A stretch of 56,381 bases of DNA from Eubacteriales bacterium (GTDB lineage Bacteria > Bacillota > Clostridia > Oscillospirales > CAG-272). The translations under genes and the position numbers were made by a program. The notes beneath the pieces are model-generated. The model ran no database searches. It worked only from the letters and a program-made list of their open reading frames with translations, and was not told where the DNA came from. The DNA lies in assembly GCA_045633025.1 (NCBI GenBank), contig JAZQXS010000159.1, positions 1 through 56,381 of the forward strand. The letters are read 5' to 3'. Every line of letters begins with the position of its first letter. Within the stretch, counting starts at the first letter, position 1. Shown here piece after piece: positions 25,782 through 35,990 of the stretch.

Positions 25782-27641
25782 TCAATAGCCCTCCAGAAGT
25801 ATGCTGACGGTCGCGGTGTATGCGCCGTAGGATGCCGTGAGCACGAGAGGATCTTCCGAAGCCGATATACACTGAATAGTGATCTCTTTTCCGTCAACGT
25901 ATGCGTTATAGTCCTGTTCGTCTGCTCCTGTAAGTGCCCATTCAATCGGGGTGTTCGTTTCTCCGCTTTCGTCAAAATACGCGGCGATATACGTTGCCGA
26001 TTCATATTGCTTTATAGACGGCGCAGAAACGCCCTTGAAAGCCACGTAAGGCGCGGCATTCGCTTCTACCACTGTAATTTGCACAGATGACGTGATCCCC
26101 TCGTTTTCAAGCATTTTTGCCGTGATGAAAGCCGTACCCGTTGCTTTTGCAAAAACGCTATTATATTGAGGATTCATACCGATGAGAACATTTCCCACCT
26201 TGTAAGTATAGCCGTCATAATATTCTTCTGCCTGTTCCGACAAGCTCTCCTCCGTTTCTTTCGAGATGACAGTAATAGATGTCACATTGGAGTAAACGGC
26301 GGAAATATCGATAAGATTTGTTATGTCAGTGATGATAGGGTCTGCAAGGGCAATGACCACGCCCGAATCATAAACCGTATCAATAACATATTCGCCTGGC
26401 TCCAGTTGATGATCGTAATAGTCACTTGACCACCGCGCTCCCTGATGATAATAGGTTTTACCATTATCCCAGAAAATGTAATTTTCTGCCGAATATCCGA
26501 AATATTCGAGGTTTTGTGGGATATTGATTGTTTGATTATCATTCAATACAATTCTTACGATTGGATTTGGAACCTCGTTGCTGTATGCACCGTCAATCGT
26601 ACAAAGTTTTCCGTATATCTTTTTTAATTGGATGTCAGGGTAAGGAGCATCCCACGTTTCCGAACTGTTCCCTCCTATTTCCGTCTCTATTCCGCCGCCC
26701 AGCATAGGCTGAAGTACAGAAGAGTCAGAGGATTCAAACGTCCAAGATATTTCGTTTGTTGGCGTTGGCTCAACCTCAATTCCGTTCAAAAGGAAACGAG
26801 GATTGATGGTGACAAGAGATCCAACTATAGTTTCCCCCACCGTATCTATGGAAGCGGAAAAAATATAGCTGTTTCCGTTTGCAATAAAGTTGTTGGATAC
26901 GTCGTCAAGCTCAGTCGGTTCTTCAATGCGAGCCGTGAAATTGAGCAAATGCACGCTTTCACGATTTCCCGTAAACTCCTGAATAAAATCGGTAAATCCC
27001 GTTATAAAATAGGGCTTGGAGCCGAGAATGAAACGCTTATTTTGCCCGAGGCTCTGCGTGTTTGGATTCAACTGACACGTGACGTTGAAATACCCGTCCA
27101 TAAGGACAAGGTTTTTCTTGTATTCGTTGTCGTTTCCAAGCATCGAGGTGCGTTCAACGTAGATCGGTTCGGTGACGACGTTTCCGTAAAAGTCGTAGCT
27201 GTTATAGGAGGAATTGCAACGCACCACAACCGTTTTTGTCTCTGCCGCGCCCATGTTGGACGGGTTGATGACCAACCACGTGCTCCCCATGGTTTTGATC
27301 TTTGCACCGATGGGAATATATTGGATCTTGGGGTCCGCAAACAGGACCTCCCTGAAATCGTCCATACGTGCATTGGGATTGATAGACGGGGAAAACAGAT
27401 CGGACAGTCGCACGTAGGTGGTCACGTAATCGTAAAATTCGTTGGTTATCCCCTGAACCTCTGCCTTGACGTAATCCCCAGACAGGTAGGCTCTGTCCTG
27501 TACGAAAAGGCGCGTCTGCCCTGCCATATACTGCTTTTGGCTATCCGAGTATTGGGCGGGCGCGTTGGATCCGAATCGCGTTCCTGCACCCGCATACGCT
27601 ATTGAATTTTTGATGTATTTTTCGCTCTGATTCGCCATCAT
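25782..27641 (-). CDS. Virion structural protein candidate (619 aa, Ig-like C-terminal region)
   Basis: Long ORF in the structural operon. C-terminal ITAKMLENEGITSSVQITVVE-type Ig-like segment. Confidence 0.55.
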   Translation of the reverse strand: MMANQSEKYIKNSIAYAGAGTRFGSNAPAQYSDSQKQYMAGQTRLFVQDRAYLSGDYVKAEVQGITNEFYDYVTTYVRLSDLFSPSINPNARMDDFREVLFADPKIQYIPIGAKIKTMGSTWLVINPSNMGAAETKTVVVRCNSSYNSYDFYGNVVTEPIYVERTSMLGNDNEYKKNLVLMDGYFNVTCQLNPNTQSLGQNKRFILGSKPYFITGFTDFIQEFTGNRESVHLLNFTARIEEPTELDDVSNNFIANGNSYIFSASIDTVGETIVGSLVTINPRFLLNGIEVEPTPTNEISWTFESSDSSVLQPMLGGGIETEIGGNSSETWDAPYPDIQLKKIYGKLCTIDGAYSNEVPNPIVRIVLNDNQTINIPQNLEYFGYSAENYIFWDNGKTYYHQGARWSSDYYDHQLEPGEYVIDTVYDSGVVIALADPIITDITNLIDISAVYSNVTSITVISKETEESLSEQAEEYYDGYTYKVGNVLIGMNPQYNSVFAKATGTAFITAKMLENEGITSSVQITVVEANAAPYVAFKGVSAPSIKQYESATYIAAYFDESGETNTPIEWALTGADEQDYNAYVDGKEITIQCISASEDPLVLTASYGAYTATVSILLEGY

Positions 27642-27649
27642 TGCCTCCT

Positions 27650-27880
27650 TTATCGGACGTTTCCGCGATAGACGTACTTCCTTTCTCCGTCCGAAAAAAC
27701 GCCTTTTTTGCCCCGTTCCTCGTCATCCTTATCAAACGACGGCGTCTGGTCCAGGATCGCGTCTATCATGCCCTGCGAGTACCCTTCTGCATATTGATTG
27801 CGAAGCATCTCCATCAGCTTCTCCTCGCGGATAAAAAGGATTCTGTTTTTCTTTTTCATAGGTCGCTCCTTTCTTACCAA
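27650..27880 (-). CDS. Hypothetical protein (76 aa)
   Basis: ORF in the operon with a small overlap with the upstream gene. Confidence 0.45.
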   Translation of the reverse strand: MVRKERPMKKKNRILFIREEKLMEMLRNQYAEGYSQGMIDAILDQTPSFDKDDEERGKKGVFSDGERKYVYRGNVR

Positions 27881-28587
27881 GCGTGACCACCGTTTCCAAA
27901 GGTCATCATGTTATCTGTGTCTGCAAAGCCACTGTCTCGGACGGTTGCGATCTCCAATGCCATCGTAAGCTCTCTGCCGAGATTGGTGTTTCCATCATAG
28001 ATCTCGCGGCTTCCACAATCGGGGTGCTTGGATTTCCCCATGAAGAACGTTCCAATGCCATCCATGTTGACCCCGTGCAACGCCTCGATCAGTGCTTGCT
28101 CAATGGCAAACAGGCGGCTATAGGCGTCGGTCTTAACGTTCAGCTCGTATGTATAATGGGTATAAATCACGAACCGAACGGCAAGGCTCATCGTAAGCTC
28201 GTTATTAGAGGGAACCGTTCTGCCCATGTAGACGAAAAGGCGAGTCTGCGCGTCGGTCTGCGAGGGCTTCAGGTAAAGCTGGGGAATGAGACGGTATCCC
28301 TTTTCGGTGGGGGGATTTTCGGGGGATTCGGGGTTGAAAACGACGCTCATCTTTTGATCGATGGTCGGGAGCGTGTTATCAAGAGGGCGAGGCGTATCGT
28401 AAAAGAGGTATTTCCACAACCGACAACGGGCGTAATCGTTGTTATCGGGCGGATTATAGTCACCAACGGGCGCGTCAATGAGATAGTCACAGATCTTACG
28501 GGGGATCTTCTCGCTCCCCTTCAAATCAAAATAGCTATCCTGCACCCGTCCGTATGGGTACCACGGGTTGGTAGTCGGGACGTTCAT
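27874..28587 (-). CDS. Hypothetical structural-module protein (237 aa)
   Basis: ORF with a 4-nt overlap to the upstream gene. Confidence 0.55.
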   Translation of the reverse strand: MNVPTTNPWYPYGRVQDSYFDLKGSEKIPRKICDYLIDAPVGDYNPPDNNDYARCRLWKYLFYDTPRPLDNTLPTIDQKMSVVFNPESPENPPTEKGYRLIPQLYLKPSQTDAQTRLFVYMGRTVPSNNELTMSLAVRFVIYTHYTYELNVKTDAYSRLFAIEQALIEALHGVNMDGIGTFFMGKSKHPDCGSREIYDGNTNLGRELTMALEIATVRDSGFADTDNMMTFGNGGHAW

Positions 28588-29168
28588 GCTTCCTCGACCT
28601 TCCCTTCGATCTTCGCTCTCGCGTCGGCTCTCGCCGCTTCATACTCGGCAAGCGTCACCTTCAGCTCCTCCGTCATTTTTTTCAGGTTTTCGGGATTGGT
28701 GGAAATAGCGATCGACGCGGACAATCGTGCCACACCGTCGTTTCGAACATCCTTCTCCGTCTGAATATAGGTGTTGATGAATTTCTCCAGCTTCTTGTAG
28801 TCTCCGAGGAGATCGAAAACCTTGTTTTTCAGCTCGTAATTTCCCTTGAATCGCTCTAACTGATAGAGAATATGCGATCCTGCGTACAAGTCGTACTCCT
28901 CATCGGAAAACTCGTCGGGTACGTCCACTCCGAGATATTCCTTGAGCAGAATCGCCATACAGTAAAGCTCCTTCATCTCAAGATCATCCACCCAGATACA
29001 GGGCAGAGAGAGAAACTCCAGACCCTTTTGGTTCTGTTCTGCCGTCTTACTTTTTTGGATGCACTTCGGCGCGATCGTCTGCGCCAGAGCTACCTTCTTT
29101 GAAAGCGGAACGTAATCGACCGCCTCTCGGAGCATTTCTTCTGTTACGATAAATTTTTCTTTTTCCAT
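28584..29168 (-). CDS. Hypothetical structural-module protein (194 aa)
   Basis: ORF in the operon. Confidence 0.55.
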   Translation of the reverse strand: MEKEKFIVTEEMLREAVDYVPLSKKVALAQTIAPKCIQKSKTAEQNQKGLEFLSLPCIWVDDLEMKELYCMAILLKEYLGVDVPDEFSDEEYDLYAGSHILYQLERFKGNYELKNKVFDLLGDYKKLEKFINTYIQTEKDVRNDGVARLSASIAISTNPENLKKMTEELKVTLAEYEAARADARAKIEGKVEEA

Positions 29169-29205
29169 CTTTTTGTAATTCCTTTCGGCTCTTTATTTTT
29201 ATGGA

Positions 29206-29940
29206 TTATATATTTACTCTGCGTCCGATAGGGATCACCTGTCGGATAGAGAGATTGGTTTCAAATTTTTGAAGCTCCTCGTTAAGCCACCGCACGTCGT
29301 TTTGCAGCTTGTTTGCATCAGCGTTCATTTTGTTGGCGCGGTTCTGCTCAAAGAAACTCTTGTCCTCGACCTTTGGTACCATGCTCAACCAGTTCGTGTT
29401 GAATCGGTTTTGCCATACCACCTTGAAGCACATCCCCAGCAGATTCATGATTTCGGGGGTAAGATCCTTTACAAACTCTCCGTCCGTATAGAAATCAAAC
29501 TCCAAAACGGCATCCTGCGCAACGGGATTTTCTTGGGTTGCGTGAACGGTCACGTTTCCACTGTTTTCATCATAGGTGATAGAAATCGGGGTCAATACTG
29601 CGTTGTCGAGCGCGTCGTAGGTTTTCACTTGACAAGCGCAAAGGTCAAATCCTGCATAAGCTGACCCCAACGGAACTATGAAATCCGACGTTTCGGAATC
29701 TTCCGACAAATAGGATGTAGTGTCGATTAACGGATCCACGAAATTCGGATTTTCGGGCGTTCCGAAGAAATATTCCTGCATTCCCGCAGGCTGGTTAAAG
29801 AGTGAAATGGCAGGAAGAAAGTAGTTATACATTCTTCTCGCGTAAAGCGGAGCGTTCGTCTCCGCCAACTGCTGCAAGCGAATGTCATCGACATACATGC
29901 TGCAATACTGGGTAATTATTTTCAAAATCGGCGTAGACAT
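29206..29940 (-). CDS. Hypothetical head-tail joining region protein (244 aa)
   Basis: AAGGAG RBS before the internal ATG at 29940. Confidence 0.55.
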   Translation of the reverse strand: MSTPILKIITQYCSMYVDDIRLQQLAETNAPLYARRMYNYFLPAISLFNQPAGMQEYFFGTPENPNFVDPLIDTTSYLSEDSETSDFIVPLGSAYAGFDLCACQVKTYDALDNAVLTPISITYDENSGNVTVHATQENPVAQDAVLEFDFYTDGEFVKDLTPEIMNLLGMCFKVVWQNRFNTNWLSMVPKVEDKSFFEQNRANKMNADANKLQNDVRWLNEELQKFETNLSIRQVIPIGRRVNI

Positions 29941-30008
29941 GATTTTCTCCTTTTTGGTTTGAGGGGGAGACGGAGACCTCCCCGTCTCCCCCAAAATTGG
30001 TTTAACGA

Positions 30009-30626
30009 TTACTTTCCGAGCAGATTCTTGTACTTTGCCAGCAACGAATCAGACAGTTCAATGCCAGCTTCTGCGACAATATTCTGCGCTTCCTTCTTCT
30101 CTTCCTCGGTGATGGTTCCGTCGGCAAGGAAGGAATCCAGCTTTTCAACGACCTTATCTATCGCCTCGGTCTCTTTTGCTGCGGATCTCGCGTCAACAGT
30201 TTGAACAATAGCAAGCAGCTTTTTAGCAACATCGACCATCCCCTTGGCAGACAGATCGCCGTCAAAGAGACCACTACGACTGATAACGTCGCAAAACACC
30301 TTACCGATTGCTTCAACCTCGCTGGTGGTAAATACCTTTTCGATAATCAGATAAAGTCCCGTTGCGGCAAGACCTGCAACGACCGCCCATTTGATCGCGA
30401 ATACCGCGCCGATCACGTCGGATAGTGCATACAACTGGGTAAGGGAAAGGGCAAAGCTCGTGGCAATGCCGAAGATCACGTTAAGACCCTTGCGGACCTT
30501 TTCGTTTGCGATCTTCTTGGTGAAAGAGATGAACCACTTTTTTGCGAAGAACATCTCAAAGAATACGATCAGACCACACACAAGGGTGAGAACGTAGGGA
30601 TTGCGAAGAATCTCAAGAATAGACAT
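30009..30626 (-). CDS. Multi-pass membrane protein (205 aa) inside the head module
   Basis: Hydrophobic helices VLTLVCGLIVFFEMFF, VIFGIATSFALSLTQLYAL and AVVAGLAATGLYLII. Confidence 0.55.
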   Translation of the reverse strand: MSILEILRNPYVLTLVCGLIVFFEMFFAKKWFISFTKKIANEKVRKGLNVIFGIATSFALSLTQLYALSDVIGAVFAIKWAVVAGLAATGLYLIIEKVFTTSEVEAIGKVFCDVISRSGLFDGDLSAKGMVDVAKKLLAIVQTVDARSAAKETEAIDKVVEKLDSFLADGTITEEEKKEAQNIVAEAGIELSDSLLAKYKNLLGK

Positions 30627-30648
30627 AGTTTTTTCCTCCGTTTATTTT

Positions 30649-31002
30649 TTATTTGATGTTCGTCTCATCGACGAGCTTTCCAACGCCGAGAATGAAAGAA
30701 TCATACGCAGCCTTTGCGTTGGCTTCTGCGACGGCTACTACGCTGACCTTGTTTTTCGCAATCGCGCTTTCGGTCTCTGCATTGAGGTAGTCGATCTTTC
30801 TCTGAAGTTCCGCGCGAATGAGGGCGATCTGCTCCTCTGCCTTTTCGCGCTCCTTTGCGATCAGCTCATTTTTGGTGGCAATGAGCTGTTCCGCATAGGG
30901 CTGATGTTCCTCGACAATTGCCTTCTGGGCGGCATCTGCAATCGCCTTTTCGCGCATTGCGAGAATGTTGCCCAAAAAACTGTCACAAGTGTTTTTGAAC
31001 AT
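30649..31002 (-). CDS. Coiled-coil hypothetical protein (117 aa)
   Basis: ORF rich in Ala, Glu and Lys. Confidence 0.5.
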   Translation of the reverse strand: MFKNTCDSFLGNILAMREKAIADAAQKAIVEEHQPYAEQLIATKNELIAKEREKAEEQIALIRAELQRKIDYLNAETESAIAKNKVSVVAVAEANAKAAYDSFILGVGKLVDETNIK

Positions 31003-31052
31003 TTTTTTGTTTTCCTCCGTTCTTTTTTGAAAAACGGCAAGAATGGTAGAAA

Positions 31053-31691
31053 CTACTCAGCGAAACGATCTCCCATGTCCTCAAGAATGGGCTTGAACAT
31101 TCCGTCCTTGTCGTTTTCCTTTGAAATTTCGTTCAGCGACTTGACTTTTTCCGCAGTAATTCGATTGTCGCCCTTCTCGAAATACGCGGACAAAAACAGC
31201 TTTGCAACAACCCTGCGATGATCCACGCAGAGCTTGCGGAAAATGTCGGTGATCTCGGAATCGGAGTAATTCAACAGTTTATAAAACGCTTCTTGCGTCA
31301 GCAGTTCTCCTTCCTTGTAATCAACTCCGAACCTTTCCCGTTCCTCTTTCGTAAGACCATTTACAACGATCAAGGAGCGCTCTTCCAGCATCCTCTCGAC
31401 GGTGTAGGTCGTTCCCTGCAAGAAATCTCTCTTGGGAATATCCCTCGTCGCACCCGCCTTATTGATCTGCCCCAGCTTTTCGCCGAGAGAGACCACGGTG
31501 CCGTCTGCGATCGCGCCGATGTAAAGGAGTGTTACGTACTCCTCCTTGTGATAGACGGCGGTATCGTTGCGATGCTCCTTATCGTAGGATGAGAGTGCGT
31601 CCTTTACGGCTTGCGCGGCAATCGCACGCACCTCATCCTCGGTATACATCTTGGGTTCTGCTTCGTTCATGCTTTTGGTTTTCGTTGCCAT
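31053..31691 (-). CDS. Hypothetical protein (212 aa)
   Basis: ORF downstream of the capsid gene. Confidence 0.55.
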   Translation of the reverse strand: MATKTKSMNEAEPKMYTEDEVRAIAAQAVKDALSSYDKEHRNDTAVYHKEEYVTLLYIGAIADGTVVSLGEKLGQINKAGATRDIPKRDFLQGTTYTVERMLEERSLIVVNGLTKEERERFGVDYKEGELLTQEAFYKLLNYSDSEITDIFRKLCVDHRRVVAKLFLSAYFEKGDNRITAEKVKSLNEISKENDKDGMFKPILEDMGDRFAE

Positions 31692-31734
31692 TTACAGTTT
31701 CTCCTTTCGGGTCTTTTGTGGACTTGGAATCCGT

Positions 31735-32976
31735 TTAAGAGGGATAAACGCTGGTAATCACGCCGACCTTCGACGCAAAGACGGGCTTGATGTCGAACAG
31801 GGCGGTCGCGTTGATGTCGATGGTGAAATCCGCAGTCTCACTGGGAGTTGCCGTGAGCGTGATGGGACTTCCCTCTGCGTATGCGCCGTACATGGGAGAA
31901 TAGCCGTCTCCACCCTTTGCGACGACGTAGATGTTGTTGCCCGTCGAGATCTCCAAGAGAGTAGAGTTCTGCGTGCCGGGAACGATGACGGGATGCGCCT
32001 CAACAACGTCCACACCGCCAGCCTTGGGAAGATAGCCCTCCATGAACCACTGCTCGCCAAGACCGTACTGGAGACCAACGATGGCACCGCCGGTTCCGTC
32101 AACGGGAAGCAGGTTAGCCAGTGCCTGTGCCGTACCGTAAGCCAGCAGATTTTCTCTGCGGACGCCGTTAGCGGCTGCGACCTTGGTGGTGATGTTGAGC
32201 CAGTTCGCGGTCGTGTAGGTCGCTGCCGTAAGCCCTGCGGGGATCAGCGTGGGATTGGAAGCCGCATTGTTCAAAGCCTGAACAAACTTTGCGTAGATCT
32301 TGTTCCACATACCGTTCATAATAGCGGCATAGTAGCGTCCCGCGTCACCGTTTACCACGTCCTGATACCACTTGATCGTCGCGTTGCAGGAATAGGGGCG
32401 AGGATTGAGCGTGATGGTCTTTGCGTAGAGGTAGTTCTTGCTGGTGGATCTGGACGAACCCCAAGAAGAATCCTCAAACAGGAACACGTCGTTGGAGGTG
32501 ACAGTGATCTCTGCGGTGCTACCCATAGCGACTGCTTCCCAACGCATCAGACCGCCAGCAGAAACGTCATCAAAGACGCGGAAGGCGATGGGGGTGATGA
32601 CGTCAACGTCGATAGCCGCCATGGTCGCAAGGAAGGTGGAATTTCTTGCCAGAGAGTAGTCTCTCTTTGCCTCCTCAAGCGTGGGAGCCTCCTTGCCGAC
32701 CATCTTGTATGCCTGCGTTGCGCAGAAAAGGAATTTGTTGTCCGCGTGGATTCTCTGCGCGGTCGCATAGTCCATACCGTTCAGGCGGGAAACATACTTG
32801 TCCGAAAGATTGGGACGCTTGTTCAACGCCGATCCGATGTACTCGCAAGCAATCAGACGACCTGTGGTAACAATGTCGTTACGGGAAATGGTCTTGCCGT
32901 TACTTGCGTTTACTCTGACGTCCGAGCCGAGCTTGGAAGCGTCAAAAAAGTCTCTTGTGATAGAGTTGAGTTTCAT
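31735..32976 (-). CDS. Major capsid protein candidate (413 aa)
   Basis: Size and position downstream of the protease/scaffold gene. Confidence 0.55.
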   Translation of the reverse strand: MKLNSITRDFFDASKLGSDVRVNASNGKTISRNDIVTTGRLIACEYIGSALNKRPNLSDKYVSRLNGMDYATAQRIHADNKFLFCATQAYKMVGKEAPTLEEAKRDYSLARNSTFLATMAAIDVDVITPIAFRVFDDVSAGGLMRWEAVAMGSTAEITVTSNDVFLFEDSSWGSSRSTSKNYLYAKTITLNPRPYSCNATIKWYQDVVNGDAGRYYAAIMNGMWNKIYAKFVQALNNAASNPTLIPAGLTAATYTTANWLNITTKVAAANGVRRENLLAYGTAQALANLLPVDGTGGAIVGLQYGLGEQWFMEGYLPKAGGVDVVEAHPVIVPGTQNSTLLEISTGNNIYVVAKGGDGYSPMYGAYAEGSPITLTATPSETADFTIDINATALFDIKPVFASKVGVITSVYPS

Positions 32977-32992
32977 TTTGTTTTACCTCCTT

Positions 32993-33616
32993 TTAAGCGG
33001 TTGCGGCTGCACGCATTGCCTTGAGAACGTAGCCAACGCCCCAGTAGGTCGTTCCTTCGTTCACGGGCTTCTGGCGCATCAGCTCAAAGTACACGCCACT
33101 ACCGGCAGCGGGGGCCGAAGTGGAGGCTACGAGCTGACCTGCGGAAATGGTAACGTACTTGTAGGTCGCGTCAGTGGGGAGCGTGGAGAAGTTCCCTGCG
33201 CCGAACGTATACTGCTCGCCGATGATGATCTCGCAGAAATCACCGATATTACCGGCGGGAAGACCGAGACCGAGCGTCTTTGCACCAATGTTCCACTGGT
33301 TGTCGCCGGAGACCGCCTTGTTCACGTCGTAGTTGTTGAAGGCATAAATGCCCGTGTGGTCGCCAAGCATACCGCCGTTGCCGTTGGCTGCCGCGTTGAA
33401 AAACCACGTGTTTCCGTTGAGAATCGCGGGGGTAACGCTCTCATATCCCTCGGAGGGAATCAGACCGTTCTGCACGCAAAGCAGTCCCGCAGAGCAATCC
33501 TGCGCGGTAAAACCTGCGCCGGTACCCGTGCCGAATTTACCGGGAACGTTCTGCGTCTGATTGTTGACGCTGTTCGACACGGTAACTTCAAACATTGTCT
33601 TATCAATGAATGCCAT
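32993..33616 (-). CDS. Head-associated protein candidate (207 aa, possibly decoration)
   Basis: Lies between the scaffold/protease and capsid genes. Gly/Asn-rich. Confidence 0.4.
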   Translation of the reverse strand: MAFIDKTMFEVTVSNSVNNQTQNVPGKFGTGTGAGFTAQDCSAGLLCVQNGLIPSEGYESVTPAILNGNTWFFNAAANGNGGMLGDHTGIYAFNNYDVNKAVSGDNQWNIGAKTLGLGLPAGNIGDFCEIIIGEQYTFGAGNFSTLPTDATYKYVTISAGQLVASTSAPAAGSGVYFELMRQKPVNEGTTYWGVGYVLKAMRAAATA

Positions 33617-33636
33617 GTTTCATATCTCCTTTTCTT

Positions 33637-34998
33637 TTACTTGTTGAGGCGGCTGAATGCCCCGTCTACGCCATCATCGGCATTGTGAGCAGATGCGACG
33701 TCGGCTTCCCAAGCAAATCGGGACTTGCTTGCGTTTGCCTTGATCCTGTTCTTTTCGATGCGTCGGTTCATGCAGATGGAGTCCACGTCCTTGCAAGCTG
33801 CTACGTCACCGCAGAAGTTTCCGTCCTTGTCCTCCATGCAGGAATACTCCTCTACCTTTTCATCGGTCAGAAGCGCGTTGCACGCATCTTCCTCGATCTC
33901 GTCTTCGCTGTTTGCGTTGATCTGATTGAGGCGGTTCTTGATCGCTTCCTTGACCGCGTTTTTGCGGCGTGCCTTTTCGGTGTTCTGCATCTTGGTGATG
34001 ATCTCATCCTTGGCAACGCTTGCAGCATTCGCCTTTGCAAGCTGCGCTTCCAACTCGTTACAACGAGTGAGATAGGGATCCACAAGTGCTTCGACAGAAA
34101 TATCAAAGCTGTTCTCACCGTCCTGGAAGGTTGCATTTGCCTTGACTTCGTCCTTCGTGCCGATGATATAATCATCACCGTCTTTCTTTGCTGTGGAAAG
34201 ATGAGGGACGCCCTTGTCGGAAAGCAATGCAACTCTCTCGCCGTCAACTGCGATCACGGTAAAACCGTTAAACTTGGGTTGAAGCTCTTTCAGTTTCATT
34301 GTTTTGGTTTCTCCTTTTCTTGTTTTTTTTTGCGGATTGTTTTTTTGCGATCGTTCGTTTTGGGAAGCGACCCGTAACGTCATCTCTCGGACTTCCTTTC
34401 GACCGATCGCAGACAAGGCACGAATGTTGGCGTTTTCCACAGCAGGGCTAACATCAATACCTAATATAGTTGTGCCGAGAATTTGGTACGCGGTAAACAC
34501 CTCGGTCGTTCCGTCCATATACATCTCATCAATCAAGGTTTCGATGCTGACGGGCATTCCCTCAAGTCCCTGTTTCTTGAGCTTTTTGACCAATTCCTGT
34601 GCGTACCACTTCCAAATGTAGCCGACACCTACTATCCATTCTTTTCCGTCTTTTTCTTCAACGCGGATGTCCGTGGTGCTCTTGAAGTAGCCCACGATCC
34701 TCTCGGCAGTAGAAGCCATAAACGAAGCCGTAACGCTTCCGTCCGCGCCTCTAACCTCATCGAAGTTGTGACCATCCCCGATCTTGTCACCGACGTATGC
34801 GACCAAGATGGGCGTTTCTGCAAACAGGTCCTTATGCTTTTGGAGATTTACGTACCTCCAGTTATTTCGGTTTACCTCGGAATTGAGGAGCCAAAGCTCC
34901 ACCTTCTGCTTCCATCCGTCAAATTCGGACAGGATTCGAAGTGTTCCCGTTGCCGAGACCATCTTTCCTTCCGCCGATACGGTTTTGAATTTACTCAT
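33637..34998 (-). CDS. Prohead protease / scaffold fusion candidate (453 aa)
   Basis: Downstream of the portal. Globular N-terminal domain plus a charged coiled-coil C-terminal half. Confidence 0.5.
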   Translation of the reverse strand: MSKFKTVSAEGKMVSATGTLRILSEFDGWKQKVELWLLNSEVNRNNWRYVNLQKHKDLFAETPILVAYVGDKIGDGHNFDEVRGADGSVTASFMASTAERIVGYFKSTTDIRVEEKDGKEWIVGVGYIWKWYAQELVKKLKKQGLEGMPVSIETLIDEMYMDGTTEVFTAYQILGTTILGIDVSPAVENANIRALSAIGRKEVREMTLRVASQNERSQKNNPQKKTRKGETKTMKLKELQPKFNGFTVIAVDGERVALLSDKGVPHLSTAKKDGDDYIIGTKDEVKANATFQDGENSFDISVEALVDPYLTRCNELEAQLAKANAASVAKDEIITKMQNTEKARRKNAVKEAIKNRLNQINANSEDEIEEDACNALLTDEKVEEYSCMEDKDGNFCGDVAACKDVDSICMNRRIEKNRIKANASKSRFAWEADVASAHNADDGVDGAFSRLNK

Positions 34999-35011
34999 TG
35001 TTCAGTTCCTC

Positions 35012-35545
35012 CTATTTTTGAAGCGCAGGAGCATTATGCTCCACCCAATTATCAAAGCTGGTACAGGATGGATTGTTATCCCACATCGACCATGCCTCCA
35101 AAATAAAGGTTCTGTCCTTGCTGTTCTTCATCTGCAAGGTTTCAAGGTTTCGGGCGATCACGCTAAGTTCAGGCGTTTTTTCGTCCACGACCTTGATAAA
35201 CGCTCTCAAAGCATCGTCTGTTTCATCCACGATACCAACGCAGACCTCAAACACCTTGTCAAGGTCTTCCATCGGCTCTGCAAGCTCGGTGACGGTTGGA
35301 TATTCAAGAAGCAATCCGTACTCGGCAAGAAATGCTTTGAGTTCGTCCACATATTCGGGTTGAATATGCTCCAAAGAGTGAATATATTGACTCAACGCAA
35401 CGAATCCCATTTCAGCCCACACAATTTCTTTGATGTGAGCAAAATGCCGTTCCGCTTCTCCGTATGCGGTCATAAGACGGCGCATCGGATCACGAATCGG
35501 TGAGAATTTTTCGTTTGCGTAATTGAAATACTCTCGTTTCTTCAC
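35012..35545 (-). CDS. Hypothetical protein (177 aa, GTG start)
   Basis: AAAGGAG, then 7 nt, then GTG at 35545. Confidence 0.5.
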   Translation of the reverse strand: MKKREYFNYANEKFSPIRDPMRRLMTAYGEAERHFAHIKEIVWAEMGFVALSQYIHSLEHIQPEYVDELKAFLAEYGLLLEYPTVTELAEPMEDLDKVFEVCVGIVDETDDALRAFIKVVDEKTPELSVIARNLETLQMKNSKDRTFILEAWSMWDNNPSCTSFDNWVEHNAPALQK

Positions 35546-35659
35546 GATTTTTCTCCTTTCTGAAAAAATAAAGAGAGCTACAAGGAATTTGCAAAAAATG
35601 CAAATTGCACTCATAGCCCCCATTGGCTCTTCCTCGTTCCCCATTGAACGAGGGAAATA

Positions 35660-35797
35660 TTAAATTATAGCAACGACACTTCTATGGACTTCAAGGACCT
35701 TTATTCCATCCTTACATTCCCGCAGTTCAACGTCGTTCCCGTTTTTGTGGATCTCTTTGATGATTTCGTCAAGCGTTTTTCGTTTATCTTCGTTCAT
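35660..35797 (-). CDS. Small hypothetical protein (45 aa)
   Basis: GGAGG RBS. The ATG directly abuts the upstream TGA. Translation MNEDKRKTLDEIIKEIHKNGNDVELRECKDGIKVLEVHRSVVAII. Confidence 0.4.
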   Translation of the reverse strand: MNEDKRKTLDEIIKEIHKNGNDVELRECKDGIKVLEVHRSVVAII

Positions 35798-35989
35798 TCA
35801 ATCCTCCGTTTTCACAAAAACATCCTGCTCTAAAATTGTGCCGTGGTATTTCCATCCTTTTGGATAGATTGTCCCGACCTTTTTATATCCATTAAATATA
35901 GCCATAGGAACGCGTTGAAAAACATCTTCTATTCCTGCGCCTTTTTTCTTCTGTGAGTGCTTTTGTGGGCAACATTTGCAACAACGCAT
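35798..35989 (-). CDS. Small Cys-rich hypothetical protein (63 aa)
   Basis: The ATG at 35989 lies 1 nt after the portal stop. Confidence 0.4.
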   Translation of the reverse strand: MRCCKCCPQKHSQKKKGAGIEDVFQRVPMAIFNGYKKVGTIYPKGWKYHGTILEQDVFVKTED

Positions 35990-35990
35990 T

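Noticed and set aside
31651-33024. Long antisense ORFs opposite real genes (for example 31651-33024, 35976-37637, 41233-42741, 44760-45986, 6402-7358, 26628-27605, 27883-28764, 52368-53393, 9163-9807)
   Set aside because: These are shadow ORFs on the opposite strand of confidently identified genes. Their translations are Arg/Leu/Val-rich or low-complexity, with no RBS and no recognisable motifs.
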